DNA of 64,000 nucleotides from Balanoglossus misakiensis (lineage: Eukaryota; Animalia; Hemichordata), in assembly GCA_040954595.2 (NCBI GenBank), contig CM082591.2, forward strand, positions 10,309,309-10,373,308. Reading direction: 5' to 3'. The notes beneath the pieces are model-generated. The model was not told the DNA's origin. It searched no databases and saw only the letters and a program-made list of their open reading frames with translations. The translations under genes were made by a program, and so were the position numbers. How positions within the stretch are numbered: position 1 is the first letter of the stretch; each line of letters starts with the position of its first letter. Shown here in pieces: positions 57,970 to 64,000 of this stretch.

Positions 57970-58310
57970 ATGGCGACGAGCGACGAAGAAATGCGGACGA
58001 GCGAATGGCATCGAAGGACACATTGGCGACGAGCGAATGGCGATGAACACGTTGGCGACGAGCGAATGGCGACAAGCGACGAAGAAATGCGGACGAGCGA
58101 ATGGCATCGAAGGACACATTGGCCACGAGCGAATGGCGATGAACACGTTGGCGACGAGCAAATGGCGACAAGCGACGAAGAAATGCGGACGAGCGAATGG
58201 CGACGAAGGACACATTGGCGACGAGCGAATGGCGACGAACACGTTGGCGACGAGCGAATGGCGACGAGCGACGAAGAAAATGCAGACGAGCAAATGGCAT
58301 CGAAGAACAC
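57970..58310. repeat. CpG-rich 96-bp tandem repeat (~3.5 copies) built from GACGAGCGAATGGC sub-units
   Basis: ATGGCGAC unit starts at 57970, 58066, 58162 and 58258. Confidence 0.92.
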
Positions 58311-60651
58311 GATCGCGGAGAAAGTTGCGAGAAAATCCACGGACGAATCACATGAGCGCACTGTGAAAATAATTTCTATAAAAGAAAAAAGAACTTGTTA
58401 AACGTACATTTATATATTCATTACACAATTGTATTACAACTATATTACACACCCTTGTCTGCATAACCCTTTACAACCTGAACACATTTAATTTGACCAT
58501 GTGGCATTACCGGTTACACCTCTTTGTCACTACACTTTAAACCCATAACACACCATCTCATATTATTATTAGCCCTTTGTACAGAATTAATGTAACGACG
58601 TGGAATAATTTAATTAATTTCCCTTTATTCATTGTTTTCACTAGACCATAAAACCACACACCAGTCACTTTTAAATACCCTTTGTTAACACTTTACCACG
58701 TGGCAAAACCCGGCCGTTACAACTTTTTTTCACTATAGTCATCTTAACCCTCTGTACAGAATTATATGTAACCACGTGGTATTATTACCTTTAAGTACAC
58801 ATTTGTTTCACTATACCATAAAACCATTTAACCACACACTTGTCATTTTTATACCCTGTGTTAACACTTTACCACGTGGCATAACCCTTTAATTCACAGT
58901 ACACTACTCATCACACCTTTGAAACCAAAATATTATACCCATGCAGACATTTGTATTTCTCAAAGTACCCTTGTTTGTTTGTGCACAATGTTTACATGGC
59001 GCGCCGGTTGCAAAGAAAAACAGTGACAAGACGATACAGCACAGCGCAGACAATCAACAAAACACAGAACAATGTCACCATATTCGCAGCGATACACTCC
59101 GGGACCAATGCTGACCACTCCATAACCATTTCCACCGCGCAGTTTTACCAGAGATCAGCCGCCGTCCATGTTTCCAAACTGAAAGACAAAGAAAAGATGC
59201 CGTCTTCGAATTCAAATGCCACTAACGGACAGAGTGGCATCTGCGCATGCGAGTATGATAATTAGCATCCAGAAAAATCCAGAATAAACCCACTGCTCAT
59301 GCACTCTAGCCTATAATTAGACAAAATATTCAGTTCAATGCAACACGTCCTGGTTGGGATTATAATAACAAAAGAAAGAATTATCAGTTCGGCAAGATTT
59401 GAATAACACTGAAAATTCACTGCAGTGGCAACGCGCGTCTAAATTAAATGAGACACCTTATTTTATCAGGCTGATTCCACAGGTTGCGCAGTAGTTGAGA
59501 GCGCTTGAGCTCTCAACTGCGCGGCGCGACCTGTGGCTGATACAATGGGATGGTAACAAGATTTGCAACAATGTTGATCCTTATGCAGATATTATACGAT
59601 GGAGAAACTTGAAGAAATTAAAAACTCAAACTTTGTAGCCTGATGAATAAAACTCGGCAAATTGTGCGTGTCATTTTTTCCGTTACCATGCATTAATTTT
59701 ACTGACACAGAACACGCCAAGGAAAGATACAGTACACGTCTAAGGACCGCCGATTACATGCACAGGTGTTTACAATGAATGTTGATACTAAGTAAAATCT
59801 TTCTGGAACTGTTTCCATACAGTCAGTTGGACTTGGAAAATACCCAGTCCCCTATTATGCGACAAGTGACATTTTATTTCTGATAAAACACATCATCGAG
59901 CAGTGGTTTTCCACGACAAAACGAGCGTCCACTCAAACAAAGTGCAGTTGTGGAATAAAGTCAGTCATCGGACAAAGCTTCGAGTGTTTGCTCTTCGCTT
60001 AGAAACAAGCCCATTTTGTTGGATACTGTGACTATGCCCAAACTTTCAAAAATAACCATGTTGGGACATCCGTATAGAGTAATTACTTGACGGTGAAATG
60101 AAAACCATGGAATATTTTCTATATATGACAGATTACGATGTTTCACATAACTGTTTTAGAATGTGTAAAGGTGAAATTCGTTCTCGTTCGGACTTCATAC
60201 CTGACCCACCCATTAGTAAAATGGTGATGGTCCTTCCACTCGGACAAGCACGTGACTTTGTGGAAGCTAGCCGACAGTTATCGCCGGGTTGTCGGATTTG
60301 TTGCCGAATTTACCCGATCGTACATTCGGCCAGTCTCCAAGAGGAACATGTTTTTTTCAAGGTGTTTCCATAAGCCTAGATCTGCTGAAATATCGATCCG
60401 ATTTTGAAGAGCAGGACTTCGCTGTAGACCTGCGTACTACATTGTGGAGGCCGTGTAACTCCAAAAACACACGTCGCTGGCTTGCCTTTGCTAATTTTTT
60501 TGTTACGGAAAGTAACTTTCCAAAGTTCAATCCTGAACGATCTAGTCAGTGAAACTCACAAAGGGGCGATTTTGTACGGTATTGACAATCTGTCCACGTG
60601 CACCCCACAATTGAATGATCACCGGAAACCGAAAGGGAGCCCTGGTATTAA

Positions 60652-61156
60652 AGGCACATAAGCTGCAACTTTTGGGATAATTATCATAATTTTTGTTTCA
60701 AACTGTACTACCATTAGTATATGCAGATGAAGGCAGTGAACTAAACACAAGCATTATAAACCCTAAATATGAGAGCATATGCAAGTTCCAACCAGATAAA
60801 TAATAAAGCTTTGCCGCAAGCGATTATGGCCGCCACCGTGGAAAAATGCAAGAAACAACGAAAATGTTGCATTTCCGGTTATGAAACTTTATAAACAAAA
60901 CATGATCTCATCCACTTGAGCTCATGGAAGTAAATGTACACTGCTGAGACATTATATTTTCCTTTTTCATTCCAATATTGTACTTTTTTAAAAATTGCCG
61001 GAATTTTCGTTTTTCATAAATTTTTGGCCATTTTGTCATAAATAAGTGTTGAGCTTGATATATTATCATGAAATATCATTTACTAGACATGATTAAAAGC
61101 ATATACGAGATTATTTAAAACTTTAAATTTTTTATCCAGTTGCAGCTCATGTGCCT
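60652..61156. mobile_element. Kolobok-like MITE, 505 bp
   Basis: TTAA|AGGCACATAAGCTGCAACT...AGTTGCAGCTCATGTGCCT|CTAA (TIR 18/19; one TSD mismatch). Confidence 0.8.
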
Positions 61157-61790
61157 CTAATGTAGGAGCAAGTCGTAAATTAAAATATCTATTAAAAAAC
61201 CGTTTCCGATCTCCATGGGAGTATACGTAATCATCGCCAATAATCCGGTCGTGAAGAAAAGTACAGCCCAATTGAAAGAATGCAATGGCGACGAAATAAA
61301 CCGAGTTTTAGAAATGACGCGCAGACCCCCCCCCCCCTCCCCCAACGGTACAGCTGCGTACTACAGCTAGCTCCGAGCGAGAGTTTCGGTACCGAGTTGA
61401 GTTACGAATTCGGCCTGAGCTGATGGTTTCGGTGCGCGCGACCCGATGACTTGGTACGCGTTCACTCACGCTACGCGTTAACTTCACACGCAATAAATTA
61501 TTAATATGCTAAGTTTTCAGTGGAAGCCTCGACAAGGACATCGGAAAACTTCACTACACCATATTTCCACTGCAGTCAAGAAACTTATTGCAAGGGTGGT
61601 GATCTTAGAGAATATTCATCACACACAAAAATTATTTAAGTGAAAAATATTCGAATTTTCTATTGATTTTAAATATTTTTGTTATTCAAAACGGACAACT
61701 AAACCGCAAAATTCACGCGTCGCTACACATACGCTAACGCCACTGCCCGCCGTCAGACGTACGCGTATTTACGTGTAACTAAACCTCTCT

Positions 61791-61918
61791 AATCTTTACG
61801 GCCCTAATACGGGTTTTGCGGCCCGAGGTCGTACGGCGGAAGCGCCCGACCGCAGGGAGGGCGCGAATCGTCGTACGACCGATGGCCGCAAAACCTGTAT
61901 CAGGGCCGTAAAGGTTTT
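61791..61918. repeat. GC-rich palindrome with asymmetric CCGACCGCAGGGAGG core
   Basis: CTTTACGGCCCT..GGTTTTGCGGCC..GGTCGTACG paired with CGTACGACC..GGCCGCAAAACC..AGGGCCGTAAAG. Confidence 0.85.
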
Positions 61919-64000
61919 ATCATATGCCTTATTGAACGATAATCTACAAGAATCTAATAAAATACACATTCTGTAATATTTTGGAATGTAAATATTACGT
62001 GTTTATCTATCGTTTTGAAATGATCTATCCCGTAGCATAGAGGCGCATTCCTCCAGTTCTTGCGGATTGATATGCACGATGTCATTTGTTTACATTCTAT
62101 TGCACGTGAGATATAGACGCGCTCGAACTCACAGAGCCGAGCGCGAGCAAAACATTATTTTTTCTTCGCGACGAAGATCAAATCATCAATTTTACTATTC
62201 ATATTTCCAAATAAAGCTCTTCAACATGCAGCGATTACGGGAGATGATAGGATTCGGTAGCGGCATAGGACATACACACACTGAAAGTGCACTAGTCACT
62301 GACACCGCACCAAAAAAAATTCAGAACGTAGCAACTACAACTTTCGAATCTCGCGCAATAAACACAAAACTAGATTCGGATATTGAACGCGTCTTCCAAA
62401 TATGGTCACCGGGCCGGGGCGTGATAAGCAAGAAAACTGCACGGATGTGAGGGCGCTTTTCCCCATAGACTTTACATGGGCACGTGAATATAGACATATA
62501 ATAAAGCTTGTTAAGAAACTATTTGGACAGAATAACGGTCAAACAAATTTCACATACACGCATATTATTCATTAAATAGTCTTATTTAATTAACTTGAAA
62601 AATATAAAATTAATAAGTACAACCATATGTTGAAAACATATTCTGTCTAACGGTGACAATTTAAACGACCAACAGAAACTACAACATTCCACCAAAAGAT
62701 AATAGACTGACAATTAATACCGGTCCTGGGAATTTGCATGTAATATTTCTATCGTTAAAGTTTTCAAGGAACAATCACGTATTACCTCACAATATTGTCC
62801 TGACGAGTTAGAGCAGAAGGAAACCTCCATAAATTTCCAGATCGAGGACGGTTCACACAGGGTGGCGTAATCAGAGGGTCCACAATACAGACATTCAAGT
62901 TCACGAAAGTCTAGAATAGTCCACAAAGAAAACCCCGCATACGAAGCTGCAAAGACCGGATCCAGGTCGGTTCACATGTGGTGTACTCACGGATCTCCAA
63001 TGCTTCAAGAACACTACTTTCTTGAAAGACCACTGGAACATAGCATCCATCGGGATACAACAAGAATCCTTGATGACGGTGACGGGACCACATGTAGGTA
63101 ATAAGCACGAGGTCGGATGTCAACTTATCAATGTGGAGACAACGTGGCATAGAAACCTTGTACAAATAGCACCGAGGCGACGTGGCACTGTACTGACGTC
63201 TTTTATACGACTAAAATACATAATTCATTGACACCTGGTCACGCGGTGTGCTAAAACAAAGGAATAAAAGTGAGGTTCACCTGGTCAATGAACCATTGGA
63301 CACATGGACAACGTAACACGCATAAAAACAAAAGAAGCACGTTTTGTTTGACGTTGTGTTCTTCCTGCGCTTGGCGCACAGTGCGCCCTCATGCAACCGA
63401 ATCGAATCACGGGAATGGGAAAATGGTGACTGTCGCTTATTATTGGTCTGACCTAACCATGGTTTACTCACTGTCGTGAAACCTTATGTTCTATAGCTGT
63501 TCGTGGGAGTGGCGGCATCAGTCTGCGTTCAGGTGAGATTTGTTTGCTCTGCCTCCGCGTATGATTCCAAAAACGCGTTTACAAAGCAAAACGGATATCG
63601 ATACTTCCGGTTTGCAATGTTGTTGACCTTTCACTCAGTCACAGTCGCTTTGGAGCTGTAGCCTAGGCGATCGCCAATACACGGCCTGTGTTTCAAGTCT
63701 CTGTGTTCGGATCACTCATCACCTCATTAGGGACTGGTCAGTTTCTGAAGCCTGGGGGGATTGGTAAATTATACTGGTTACAGGTATATTGTGGATAACA
63801 AATATGACTGACCCCCCCCCCCCCACAACATTCAAATTTTTTGTGACCCCCACCGATTTGTGTTTGTTTGAGTGTGTATATGTACATGTATATACATGTA
63901 TATCAGATCTATGTATATATGTGTGTGTAGATAAAATCTGTTGCAATGTCTTTCATGATAACACCTGCAAAAATTGTTTATTTACAAGTTATGAGCTATT

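Noticed and set aside
57838-58401. Repeat-protein gene
   Set aside because: Open in five frames because of repeat composition; no splice or domain support.

Overview
AT-rich eukaryotic genomic DNA with spliceosomal introns, a eukaryotic initiator tRNA and animal transposons. The gene content suggests a marine invertebrate deuterostome such as an acorn worm or amphioxus (inference only). (1) 1-13.3 kb: two copies of a local duplication whose empty and filled sites define three insertions exactly: a TTAA MITE, a 5'-truncated LINE and a 4.57-kb LINE with a 13-bp TSD. The large LINE has a 2A/StopGo-like motif at the start of ORF1, and ORF1 and ORF2 are in one frame separated by a single TAG. (2) 14.5-17.5 kb: a higher-order tandem array of tRNA-iMet genes, pseudogenes and a recurring 29-nt deleted mini-tRNA. 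(3) 20.0-28.4 kb, minus strand: a secreted lectin gene (signal peptide, 10 tandem hevein-like exons, Pro/Thr linker, F-type lectin domain) with lesions. (4) 33.4-40.9 kb: a defective long-TIR DNA transposon, probably Academ-like, with an internal 1.5-kb duplication. (5) 41.4-47.7 kb, plus strand: a PIDD-like LRR-ZU5-ZU5-UPA-Death gene with a broken LRR exon and degenerate autoproteolysis sites. (6) A small unknown MG-start gene at 50.7-51.0 kb. The rest is MITEs, palindromic elements and satellites. Exon models and coordinates were read by eye and family names come from motif recognition, not database searches.
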